Shown: positions 9,255-18,107 of the stretch, in pieces
Numbering within the stretch: position 1 is the stretch's first letter
Layout of the letters: every line of letters begins with the position of its first letter
NCBI GenBank assembly: GCA_046051105.1
Contig: JBJOOU010000308.1
Span: 2,767 to 66,766, forward strand
Origin: Bacteroidota bacterium
GTDB lineage: Bacteria; Bacteroidota; Bacteroidia; Bacteroidales; Paludibacteraceae
Direction of reading: 5' to 3'
DNA length: 64,000 nt
Notes under the pieces: generated by a model
The model's input: only the letters and a program-made list of their open reading frames with translations
Databases searched by the model: none
What the model was told of the DNA's origin: nothing
Made by a program: the position numbers and the translations under genes

Positions 9255-11141
9255 TCACAGCTCGCTCAATTCCAGCCAGCGCATGGTTTTTTCGTCGATC
9301 ATGTCGTTCAGTTCGGCGTGGCGCATCGATGCTTTGGTAATTTCCTCTGCACTCATCGTTCCCGAAGCCATTTGATTTTCCAACTCCGATTTCTCCTGTT
9401 CCAGTTGCGGTATCTCAGCGTCCAATGCTTCCAGCTCTTTTTGTTCTTTGTAAGACAGTTTCTTTTTTTCTGATTTTGGCTTTTCTTCTGTGGTCTGTTG
9501 TCTTGAATCCTGGCTCTTGGCTTTTGATTCTTTATTCTTTTCCTCCCGTTCCTGTTCTTCCATCAATTCGCTCCACTCGCGGTAGTCGGTGTAGTTACCC
9601 GGGAAGTCTTTCAGTTCCGCATTGCCTTTGAACACCATGAGGTGATCCACCACTTTGTCCATAAAGTAGCGGTCGTGACTCACCACAATTACACAGCCTT
9701 TGAACGATTGCAGGTATTCTTCCAGAATGTTGAGGGTTACGATGTCCAGATCGTTGGTAGGCTCATCGAGTACCAGGAAGTTGGGGTTGCGCATCAGCAC
9801 CGTGCACAGGTGCAGGCGTCGTTTCTCGCCACCGCTGAGCTTGTACACGTAGTTGAACTGCGTTTCGGGGGTGAACAGGAAGTGTTGCAAAAACTGCGAT
9901 GCCGACATTTTTTTGCCATTGCCCAAGTGAACTTCTTCGGCAATGTCCCGCACGACATCTATCACCTTCATTTGCTCGTCGAATGCCAGTCCGTCCTGAC
10001 TGTAGTAGCCAAAGACCACCGTTTCGCCCACGTCGAAGGAGCCACTGTCGGGCTTCACTTCGCCCAAAAGCATTTTCAGAAAGGTAGATTTTCCGGTACC
10101 GTTTTTACCCACAATGCCCATCTTTTCGTAGCGGGCAAAGTTGTAGTAAAAGTTGTCCAGAATCTTCAGTTCGCCAAATGATTTGGTAATGTATTTAGCT
10201 TCGAAAATTTTGGAACCCAGGTAACTGGCTTTAACGTCCAGTTGCACTTTGTCGTTGTTGCGACGCTCTTTGGCGCGCTGCTCAATGTCGTAAAACCGTT
10301 CGGTTCTGGATTTTGATTTGTGCGAACGAGCTTGTGGCTGACGACGCATCCATTCTAATTCTGTTTTGTAAAGATTGACAGTTCTGTCGCTTTCCGCATT
10401 CCAATTATCGATACGTTCCTGTCGTTTTTCAAGGTAATAAGAATAGTTTCCCGTGTATTGAAACAAGCCCTGATGATCGATTTCCATGATATTGGTACAA
10501 ACCCGATCGAGAAAATAGCGGTCGTGCGTTACCATCAATAAAGCCATGGTGGAGCGCTTTAGGAATTCCTCCAACCATTCCACCATTTCCAGGTCGAGGT
10601 GGTTGGTCGGCTCATCCAGAATAATCAGGTCCGGTTCGCAGATCAGCACATTAGCCAGTGCCACACGTTTTAACTGACCACCTGAGAGTTCGCCGATTTT
10701 CTGCTCGAAATTGGTGATTTTTAGTTTTCCCAGAATTTGCTTGATACGGGTTTCGTAATCCCAAGCTTTGAAAGTATCCATGCGGCTGATGATTTCATCC
10801 AGTTTGGAATGGTCGCCACTCATCATGCAGTGCTCGTAATCGGCTACGGTGCGTACCACTTCATTGTCGGAGCGCAAGCAAGCATCAATAACCGAAAGGT
10901 TTTTGGGAAAATCGGGCGCTTGTTCCAGATAACCCACTCGCAAATCGCGGCGGAAGGAAATTTGTCCGGAGTCATAATCTTCGCGTCCTGCGATGATGTT
11001 CAGAAGTGTGGTTTTTCCGGTGCCGTTTTTAGCAATCAGTGCCACACGTTGGTTGTCGGCTATACCGAATGATATTTTATCGAAAAGTAGATTATCGCCA
11101 AATGATTTGGTCAGATTTTCTACCTGTAAGTAACTTGCCAT
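9255..11141 (-). CDS. ABC-F family ATPase (Uup-like)
   Basis: Two ABC domains (KNGTGKT/GKS, LSGG, LDEPTN, HDR), no TM segments, and a C-terminal coiled coil (KLSYKEQKE...RWLELSE). Confidence 0.93.
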   Translation of the reverse strand: MASYLQVENLTKSFGDNLLFDKISFGIADNQRVALIAKNGTGKTTLLNIIAGREDYDSGQISFRRDLRVGYLEQAPDFPKNLSVIDACLRSDNEVVRTVADYEHCMMSGDHSKLDEIISRMDTFKAWDYETRIKQILGKLKITNFEQKIGELSGGQLKRVALANVLICEPDLIILDEPTNHLDLEMVEWLEEFLKRSTMALLMVTHDRYFLDRVCTNIMEIDHQGLFQYTGNYSYYLEKRQERIDNWNAESDRTVNLYKTELEWMRRQPQARSHKSKSRTERFYDIEQRAKERRNNDKVQLDVKASYLGSKIFEAKYITKSFGELKILDNFYYNFARYEKMGIVGKNGTGKSTFLKMLLGEVKPDSGSFDVGETVVFGYYSQDGLAFDEQMKVIDVVRDIAEEVHLGNGKKMSASQFLQHFLFTPETQFNYVYKLSGGEKRRLHLCTVLMRNPNFLVLDEPTNDLDIVTLNILEEYLQSFKGCVIVVSHDRYFMDKVVDHLMVFKGNAELKDFPGNYTDYREWSELMEEQEREEKNKESKAKSQDSRQQTTEEKPKSEKKKLSYKEQKELEALDAEIPQLEQEKSELENQMASGTMSAEEITKASMRHAELNDMIDEKTMRWLELSEL

Positions 11142-11329
11142 GGATTATTGAAATATTTTTTCGGTCGCAAAGATACGGAATTAAAAAGAGTGCCACAATT
11201 TTTAGATTTTATGAGAATTTTTCACTTGAAATAATTCCAAAAATAAATGGAAAATCAATAACTTTGAAATCGGTCTGAATTGACTCATCTACTTATGAAA
11301 TGAATATTCATCAATAAAAACAAATAATC

Positions 11330-11905
11330 ATGAAAAGTCTAAAAGGTACTCAAACAGAGAAAAATCTGTTGATCTCTTTTGCTGGCGAAAGTCAGGCGCG
11401 TAATCGTTACACAATGTTTGCCAGCGAAGCTAAAAAAGCAGGTTTTGAGCAAATCGCTGCTATTTTTCTGGAAACTGCTGAGCAGGAAAAAGAACATGCC
11501 AAAAAATTCTTTAGCTATCTGGAAGGTGGCGATGTAGAAATTACCGCTACTTATCCTGCCGGAAAAGTAGGTACTACTGCCGAAAATTTGTTGGCCTCGG
11601 CAAATGGTGAGAATGAAGAGTGGACCGATGCTTATCCTCATTTTGCAGAGGTGGCCGAAGCAGAAGGTTTTGCAAATATCGCTGCTACTTTCCGTAAAAT
11701 TGCAGCGGTTGAAGCTCAGCACGAAAAACGCTATCGCCGTTTGTTGGAGCGGGTTGAGAAAGATCAGGTTTTCTCGCGCGAAGAAGAAACTACCTGGCAA
11801 TGTCGCAATTGTGGTCATGTACACGTAGGTAAAGATGCTCCAAAAGCTTGCCCAACTTGTGCTCATCCTCAGGCGTATTTCGAAGAAGAAAAACAAAACT
11901 ATTAA
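11330..11905 (+). CDS. rbr: Rubrerythrin
   Basis: [17 protein letters not shown] and EAQHEKRY di-iron motifs plus C-terminal CRNCG...CPTC rubredoxin domain. Confidence 0.95.
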   Translation: MKSLKGTQTEKNLLISFAGESQARNRYTMFASEAKKAGFEQIAAIFLETAEQEKEHAKKFFSYLEGGDVEITATYPAGKVGTTAENLLASANGENEEWTDAYPHFAEVAEAEGFANIAATFRKIAAVEAQHEKRYRRLLERVEKDQVFSREEETTWQCRNCGHVHVGKDAPKACPTCAHPQAYFEEEKQNY

Positions 11906-12015
11906 TTCTATCTCTTCCAAAGTTCTAAACTTGGGAAAAGATTAGATTCTCATCAACCGCTGCATTTTGTGGCGGTTGTTTTGTTTTCGGCTTTTTGGTA
12001 CTTTTGTTTCGCAAT

Positions 12016-12690
12016 ATGAAATCTGAATTGAAAATTACTGAAGACGGCTCACACACGCTGTTTGTGCCCGAAATTGATGAGTGTTATCATTCGTCGCACG
12101 GAGCTGTGCAGGAGTCGCGTCATATTTTTATCGAGGCTGGGCTGAAGCAATGTACCAAAAACGAACTGGTGGTGCTGGAAGTGGGTTTCGGTACCGGCTT
12201 GAATGCTTTTCTTGCATTGCTGGAGACTGAAAAGTCGGGGAAATGTATTCGCTTTATTACTCTCGAAAAATATCCGGTAGAATTAGAAACTGCTTTGCAA
12301 CTGAATTTTGCAAAGGAGCTGGGTGCAGATAAATCAATGTTTGATCTGCTTCATCAAACTGAATGGAATAAGCCGGTGGAAATAACACCCCGTTTTGTCC
12401 TCGAAAAGATAGAAGCTGATTTTACCCAATTTCAGCATTCTACGAATTACGATGTCGTGTTCTTTGATGCATTTTCGCCTGAAAAACAGCCTGAAATGTG
12501 GTCGGAAGAACAGTTCGGAAAAATATACAAGCATTGTAATGCTGATGCTGTGCTCACCACTTATTGTGCCAAAGGTATTGTGCGCAGAGCCATGCAGGCG
12601 GTTGGCTTTGTGATGGAGCGCTTGCCTGGCCCTCCCGGAAAACGGGAGATTTTGCGTGCTACTAAATACATTGAATTGTCAGAAAAATGA
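12016..12690 (+). CDS. mnmD: Stand-alone MnmC-type tRNA mnm5s2U34 methyltransferase domain
   Basis: TEDGSHTL, YHSSHGA, LEVGFGTGLN, FDAFSP and GPPGKRE motifs; -7 box TACTTTTG at 11999. Confidence 0.85.
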   Translation: MKSELKITEDGSHTLFVPEIDECYHSSHGAVQESRHIFIEAGLKQCTKNELVVLEVGFGTGLNAFLALLETEKSGKCIRFITLEKYPVELETALQLNFAKELGADKSMFDLLHQTEWNKPVEITPRFVLEKIEADFTQFQHSTNYDVVFFDAFSPEKQPEMWSEEQFGKIYKHCNADAVLTTYCAKGIVRRAMQAVGFVMERLPGPPGKREILRATKYIELSEK

Positions 12691-13346
12691 AATACTTCAA
12701 TTTTGAAATAAAGCGACTTTGGCTGTTTTACAGCTTGTATGCAGTGTTTGTAGTTACTTTGCTGGTGTTGCTGCTGAGTAATAGTAAGGCCGATTTACAC
12801 GTGTGGATGACATCGTGTCACAATAACTTTTCTGATCAGTTTTTCAAATATTATACTGAAGTAGGAGGGTGGATTCCTTTTTTGGTGGCGGCGATGGCAT
12901 TGTTTTATCGTTTTAGAGTAGGGTTGCTGATATTGGTAGCGCAGCTTTTTACTGGTTTGGTTGAGCAAATTGGAAAATGGGCATGGAACGAACCACGACC
13001 GAAACTGTATTTTGAGCAATTTTACCCGCAAATATCCTTGCATCAGGTAGCTGGTGTTCATTTGCATTCCCACAATAGTTTCCCTTCCGGGCATACTACG
13101 GCGGCGTTTTCGATGTTTTTTGTGCTGGCGATGGCAACCGATAAAAAGCCCTTGCATGTTTTGTATCTGACATTGGCCATTCTTGTTGGTTATTCGAGGG
13201 TATATCTTTCGCAACATTTTGCCGTAGATGTGTTGGTAGGCTCTATGGTGGGCGTTTTCTTTAGTTTGCCCTGCAAATATTGGGTGGAAAAACTTCCTTT
13301 GCGATGGGCAGATGGCTCATTACGAGATGTTTTTTCAAGAAAATGA
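12687..13346 (+). CDS. PAP2 family membrane phosphatase
   Basis: KxxxxxxRP, FPSGH and SRVYLSQH motifs; 4-bp overlap with the upstream gene. Confidence 0.9.
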   Translation: MKYFNFEIKRLWLFYSLYAVFVVTLLVLLLSNSKADLHVWMTSCHNNFSDQFFKYYTEVGGWIPFLVAAMALFYRFRVGLLILVAQLFTGLVEQIGKWAWNEPRPKLYFEQFYPQISLHQVAGVHLHSHNSFPSGHTTAAFSMFFVLAMATDKKPLHVLYLTLAILVGYSRVYLSQHFAVDVLVGSMVGVFFSLPCKYWVEKLPLRWADGSLRDVFSRK

Positions 13347-13399
13347 TGCTCAGCTATTTGCCATTTACGATAATAGTCGTATCTTTGCGAACCCAAAAT

Positions 13400-13438
13400 C
13401 AAACGTGTAGTTTTGTGATGTGTGCAAGGCTAAGTTTG
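13400..13438 (+). promoter_or_regulatory. Structured rpsO 5' leader, probable S15 autoregulatory element
   Basis: Follows -7 box TATCTTTG (13380). Nested stems CAAAC/GTTTG and TAGTTTTGT/GCAAGGCTA. Confidence 0.5.
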
Positions 13439-13467
13439 TATTTATAAACCATTTATTTTTTATACTC

Positions 13468-13737
13468 ATGTATTTAACAGCTGAGAAAAAACAAGAAATC
13501 TTCGGTAAATACGGAAAATCGATCACTGATACTGGTTCAACTGAAGGCCAGATAGCATTGTTTACTTTTCGTATCAACCATTTGACCGGTCACTTAAAGG
13601 CAAATAAAAAAGATTATAGTACAGAACGTGCTCTTGTAATGTTGGTAGGTAAACGTCGTCGTTTGTTGGATTATCTGAAAGCAAAAGACATTAACGGATA
13701 CCGTGCTCTCATTAAAGAACTCGGAATCAGAAAGTAA
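13468..13737 (+). CDS. rpsO: 30S ribosomal protein S15
   Basis: 89 aa; DTGSTEGQIALFT and LVGKRRRLLDYL. Confidence 0.98.
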   Translation: MYLTAEKKQEIFGKYGKSITDTGSTEGQIALFTFRINHLTGHLKANKKDYSTERALVMLVGKRRRLLDYLKAKDINGYRALIKELGIRK

Positions 13738-13756
13738 TTCTGGCTTTCAAGACATT

Positions 13757-13796
13757 AAAAAGGCGTTTCAAAAGCTATTTTTGAAATGCCTTTTTT
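13757..13796 (+). terminator. Intrinsic terminator after rpsO
   Basis: AAAAAGGCGTTTCAAAA...TTTTGAAATGCCTTTTTT. Confidence 0.85.
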
Positions 13797-13820
13797 CATT
13801 TATGCTCCCACGATACTATT

Positions 13821-14048
13821 TGAGTAACAATAACACATAGTTACACAATAGTTTATTTTGTTTTGAGTCAGGAAAAAGAACACATAGTTGTGAAATAATA
13901 AATTATTTCACTGGTCACTAATGATTTTAGGAGCTTTGTTGTTTTAAAAGTAAATGTTTCAAACATTTACAACTATGTGTTCCTGACTTAAACTAAATGA
14001 TAAAAGTAAAAAAGCTATTGTGTAGCTATGTGGTTAAGTTACAATTCA
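13821..14048 (+). repeat. Long imperfect inverted repeat; candidate structured ncRNA or MITE-like element
   Basis: Stems 13834-13854/14012-14032, 13862-13874/13980-13992 and 13881-13894/13966-13979, paired by hand. Confidence 0.75.
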
Positions 14049-14067
14049 TATAAACTCCAATGATTCT

Positions 14068-15285
14068 ATGAATTTTATTTACAATACAGGAATCTGTTTC
14101 TATCAACTGGCCATTTTTATAGCCTCGTTTTTCAACCGAAAAGCCGCGTTGCTTCGTAAAGGACAAAAAGTTGCTTTTGATTTGTTGAAAAATGCTGACC
14201 CAAAAGCATCTTACGTGTGGTTTCATGCTGCTTCCCTGGGTGAGTTTGAACAAGGGCGACCTGTGATGGAGCAGCTGAAAAAAGACGATCCGTCCATTAA
14301 AATTCTGCTTACCTTTTTCTCTCCATCGGGCTACGAAGTGCGTAGAAACTATACAGGAGCCGATTTGATTTGTTATTTACCGCTCGATACTGCCGTAAAT
14401 GTTCGTAGATTTCTGAAAACGATTTCTATTTCAAAAGCCGTTTTTATCAAATACGAATTCTGGCCAAACTATATTCAGGCACTAAAAAAAGCAGATATTC
14501 CGGTGTATAGTATTTCGGCTATTTTTCGCGAAAATCAGATTTTCTTTAAAAACTATGGTGGTTGGTATCGGAATCTGCTGAAATCCTTTTCTCATATCTT
14601 TGTGCAGGACGAAAATTCGCAGAAATTATTGGCCCGATACGACATACAAAATGTTTCGGTAGCAGGAGATACCCGTTTTGATCGGGTGGTGGATCTGGCT
14701 TCGCAAGCGAAACGAATTCCGCTGGTGGAAGCTTTTGTAAAAGGAGCTTCAAAGGTTATTGTGGCGGGTAGCTCGTGGCCAAAGGATGAAGAATTGCTGG
14801 TGAAGTACCTGCGTCTGCATCCGGAAGTGAAGCTGATTCTGGTGCCGCACGAAATTCATGATGCACATATTACGGGTATTTCAAAATTGCTGGATGGTAA
14901 ATTTGTGAGATACACCGATGTTAATGAGGAAAATGTTACTTCTACGAATTGTTTGGTTGTGAATACCATTGGCATGCTATCGTCCATTTATCAATACGGT
15001 CAGGTGGCGTATATTGGTGGTGGTTTCGGTGTGGGAATTCATAATACACTCGAAGCTGCGGTGTGGAATGTGCCGGTGCTGTTTGGCCCGAATTATCAGA
15101 AATTCCGCGAAGCGCGGGAACTGATTGCCATTGGTGGTGCTTTTTCCATTGGCTATTACGAAATTTTGGAAGCCCAAATGGATAAACTGTTGACAGAAAA
15201 CACTGCAGGTAAAATTGCCGGCGAATATGTTCGGAACAATACCGGAGCAACCTCAATGATATTGAAATCATTGACAACTAAATAA
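14068..15285 (+). CDS. waaA: 3-deoxy-D-manno-octulosonic acid (Kdo) transferase
   Basis: WFHAASLGEFEQ, TFFSPSG, YLPLD, GDTRFDRV and HNTLEAA motifs. Confidence 0.93.
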   Translation: MNFIYNTGICFYQLAIFIASFFNRKAALLRKGQKVAFDLLKNADPKASYVWFHAASLGEFEQGRPVMEQLKKDDPSIKILLTFFSPSGYEVRRNYTGADLICYLPLDTAVNVRRFLKTISISKAVFIKYEFWPNYIQALKKADIPVYSISAIFRENQIFFKNYGGWYRNLLKSFSHIFVQDENSQKLLARYDIQNVSVAGDTRFDRVVDLASQAKRIPLVEAFVKGASKVIVAGSSWPKDEELLVKYLRLHPEVKLILVPHEIHDAHITGISKLLDGKFVRYTDVNEENVTSTNCLVVNTIGMLSSIYQYGQVAYIGGGFGVGIHNTLEAAVWNVPVLFGPNYQKFREARELIAIGGAFSIGYYEILEAQMDKLLTENTAGKIAGEYVRNNTGATSMILKSLTTK

Positions 15286-15344
15286 AAAATTAATTGTGTA
15301 ACTTTGTGCCCGCTTCTAATGAAGTGGTAAAACAACAAAAAGAC

Positions 15345-16703
15345 ATGCAAAAACCTTCCATTCCGAAAGGAACACGCGACTTTACGCCACAAGAAATGGC
15401 GAACCGCAATTATATTTTCAACACTATAAAAGATGTTTTTCGTTTATACGGATTTCAGCAAATAGAAACGCCTGCCATGGAAAACCTGTCGACGCTGATG
15501 GGTAAATATGGTGAAGAGGGCGATAAACTGCTGTTCAAAATTCTGAATTCGGGTGATTTTATGAATGGTCTGGCCGATGATGAATTGCTGGGACGTAACA
15601 GCGTAAAATTGACCAATAAGATTTCCGAAAAAGGTCTTCGTTACGACCTGACAGTGCCTTTTGCACGTTTCGTAGTGCAGAACCGCGATAAGATTTCTTT
15701 CCCTTTCAAACGTTATCAAATTCAGCCGGTATGGCGGGCCGATCGCCCTCAAAAAGGTCGTTATCGCGAGTTTTACCAGTGTGATGTGGATGTGGTGGGT
15801 AGCGATTCGCTGTTGAATGAGTTGGAACTGATTCAGATTGTGGACGAAGTGTATCGCCGTTTGCAAATCAATGTGGTGGTAAAAATCAACAACCGCAAAA
15901 TTCTTTCGGGCATTGCTGAAATCATTGGCGAAGCCGAAAAAATTACGGATATCACGGTGGCTATCGACAAGATGGATAAAATCGGGTTGGAAAAGGTGAA
16001 CGAGGAAATTGCTTCGAAAGGCATTTCGCAGGAAGCCATTGATAAACTGCAACCGATCTTGAAACTCAGCGGAAGTAATGCTGAAAAATTGGAGCAGTTG
16101 AAAGTTGTTTTGGCTGAATCGGAAGTGGGTTTGAAAGGTGTTGCTGAGCTTGAAACTATTTTTGGACTTTGCGAAGCAATGAAGGTTCAAACTAAGATTG
16201 AACTGGATCTTACTTTGGCGCGTGGACTTAATTACTATACCGGAGCTATTTTCGAAGTAAAAGCGCTGGATGTGCAAATTGGTAGCATTACCGGTGGTGG
16301 TCGCTACGATAACCTTACGGGTGTATTTGGCCTCGAAGGCGTTTCGGGTGTAGGTATTTCGTTTGGTGCCGATCGTATTTACGATGTGCTCAATCAGCTG
16401 AATTTGTATCCAGAAACTTCGGTGGAGCAAACGCAAGTGCTGTTTGTGAGTTTTGGCGATAAAGAATTGATGTATTGCTTGCCCTGGTTGAGTGCTTTGC
16501 GTGCGAAAGGTGTGAATGCAGAGATTTATCCCGAATCTGCAAAAATGAAAAAGCAAATGAGCTATGCCGATAATAAACGCATTCCGTTTGTAGCCATCGT
16601 GGGCGAAACCGAGATGAACGAAAATAAAGTGATGCTGAAAGATATGAAGTCAGGAGAACAAAGCCTGGTTTCGTTGGAAGAAGTGATTGCTAAACTGGCA
16701 TAA
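15345..16703 (+). CDS. hisS: Histidine--tRNA ligase
   Basis: [33 protein letters not shown] and GGGRYD; -7 box TAACTTTG at 15299. Confidence 0.97.
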   Translation: MQKPSIPKGTRDFTPQEMANRNYIFNTIKDVFRLYGFQQIETPAMENLSTLMGKYGEEGDKLLFKILNSGDFMNGLADDELLGRNSVKLTNKISEKGLRYDLTVPFARFVVQNRDKISFPFKRYQIQPVWRADRPQKGRYREFYQCDVDVVGSDSLLNELELIQIVDEVYRRLQINVVVKINNRKILSGIAEIIGEAEKITDITVAIDKMDKIGLEKVNEEIASKGISQEAIDKLQPILKLSGSNAEKLEQLKVVLAESEVGLKGVAELETIFGLCEAMKVQTKIELDLTLARGLNYYTGAIFEVKALDVQIGSITGGGRYDNLTGVFGLEGVSGVGISFGADRIYDVLNQLNLYPETSVEQTQVLFVSFGDKELMYCLPWLSALRAKGVNAEIYPESAKMKKQMSYADNKRIPFVAIVGETEMNENKVMLKDMKSGEQSLVSLEEVIAKLA

Positions 16704-16723
16704 TATTCCATTGTCAACTATAG

Positions 16724-16760
16724 AAAAGCCCTGAAGTCGGATTTGATTTCAGGGCTTTTT
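16724..16760. terminator. Bidirectional intrinsic terminator
   Basis: AAAAGCCCTGAA...TTCAGGGCTTTTT. Confidence 0.85.
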
Positions 16761-16781
16761 CGTTTGCAAAATTATAAACCG

Positions 16782-17900
16782 TCAGGCCAGAAATGCTGCT
16801 GCATCAGCAAATACAGTATTAAAAGCCCGATTTATTTCTGTGGGATTTGCTTTCCCGTTGGTGGGGAATGGAATTTCATGCGAGTAATCAAAATCAAATT
16901 CCAGATTGCGTATGCGAAGTTTGGTTAGTTGATCACCCAACGCTTTTTTTACGCCTTCGTAGGGAATTACAATGTCTTTCTGTAGTGAAATTCCGCCAAT
17001 TCGATTGCCCATTTTTTTGAAAAATCCAATTCGATTGCTTTCGTTTCGTTCCGGCGAAATCATGCTGGAGAACGACTCAAATCCAGTGTCGCGAATTAGT
17101 TCTTTGTCTTTATCACTTTCAAAATCATGTGTGTAATAACTCATCATTTTGCTGAAAGCCGGTTTGTCCATAATGCTGCGCGATTCGCCAAACATGGAAC
17201 TGAAGATACTACCGCCGCAAAACATATAGAGTTTGGAATCAGCAAATAGATTTTCGGGATTCGTCATCAATGTAATTTGCGAAAGAAATGAACCGATGGA
17301 ATATGAAAAAATGTCAATCTGTGTGTCTTCTTTGAAAAGTGGATGTCTGCCTGATTTTATTTCCTGAAAGAGTAGGGTTAGGTCGTGCATACTCTGTCGG
17401 CCGGAGCTGTAAAAGCGCAAGGGTTGTTCGCTGATGCGCTCGCTTAGGGCTACATTTGCAAAACTCATCGTTCGGTCATTGCCGTATTGGAGTTTACGTT
17501 TGTCGATGATGCTTTTCAGGTCGCGGGGGTTGGACCAGCTCAACGGAGATCTGTTCATATGAAAAGCTATCGGAAATAGAATGACTGGTTTGCCGGTATG
17601 TTCACAAAGGTATTCAGCCCAGGTTAGGTATTTACTCCAATTGCGCTCGTTCAGTCCGTGCATTAATAGTATCGCTTGGGATGTTTTATGTTTGCCACCG
17701 GGTGTAAATACTGGATACATGAAAAATTGATTCTCATTTATCTCTTGATCTGAGGTTGCTGTTAAACATTCTTCCAATCCGAAGCCAGAACTGCTTTTAA
17801 AGGTGGAGAAGCGTATTGTGACCCCGGAAAGTTCAGATTTTAGGTTTTGCCCTAGTCTGAAATTTGTGTTCAGATAAGAATGATGTTCGAGGTAATTCAT
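16782..17900 (-). CDS. Alpha/beta-hydrolase-fold protein, DUF6051-like
   Basis: HGLNE oxyanion-type motif, FPIAFHMNR, nucleophile elbow FSYSIG, candidate Asp (KDIVIP) and His (YSHEIPFP). Confidence 0.75.
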   Translation of the reverse strand: MNYLEHHSYLNTNFRLGQNLKSELSGVTIRFSTFKSSSGFGLEECLTATSDQEINENQFFMYPVFTPGGKHKTSQAILLMHGLNERNWSKYLTWAEYLCEHTGKPVILFPIAFHMNRSPLSWSNPRDLKSIIDKRKLQYGNDRTMSFANVALSERISEQPLRFYSSGRQSMHDLTLLFQEIKSGRHPLFKEDTQIDIFSYSIGSFLSQITLMTNPENLFADSKLYMFCGGSIFSSMFGESRSIMDKPAFSKMMSYYTHDFESDKDKELIRDTGFESFSSMISPERNESNRIGFFKKMGNRIGGISLQKDIVIPYEGVKKALGDQLTKLRIRNLEFDFDYSHEIPFPTNGKANPTEINRAFNTVFADAAAFLA

Positions 17901-17941
17901 AATGTGCTGACTTTAATTTTATTACAAAGGAAGAGGAAGCG

Positions 17942-18029
17942 GGGGTGATGGGCAATTTCGTGGGGAAGAAATCGAAGGTTAGGGATAATTTGTCGATTAC
18001 AGGGGTAAATTTGTAAATATCGGGGTGAA
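17942..18029. promoter_or_regulatory. Array of five phased direct-repeat boxes (20-bp period), candidate LytTR operator
   Basis: GGGGTGA 17942, GGGGAAG 17962, GGGATAA 17982, GGGGTAA 18002, GGGGTGA 18022. Confidence 0.65.
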
Positions 18030-18107
18030 AAAATAGCCTTGCGGGACGGCGTGTTTGTGAGTTTGGAGAGAATAATCTATTTTTGTGCCACCAATTTTTT
18101 ACACTAT

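Noticed and set aside
13420-13467. N-terminal extensions given by the ORF track (rpsO, hisS, lutB, LytTR, patatin, flippase and others)
   Set aside because: They use alternative start codons in leaders or promoter boxes; downstream ATGs match family N-termini.
15444-16556. 370-aa ORF antisense to hisS (likewise 11339-11920 opposite rbr, 3662-4168 opposite pepD, 56263-57135 across sulP/ispG)
   Set aside because: These overlap well-supported genes and show no motifs; they fit shadow ORFs caused by codon bias.
17941-18045. G-quadruplex or CRISPR reading of the G-run array
   Set aside because: Loops of about 16 nt are long for a G4, and 7-bp boxes with 13-bp gaps do not fit CRISPR. Exact 20-bp phasing favours protein binding.
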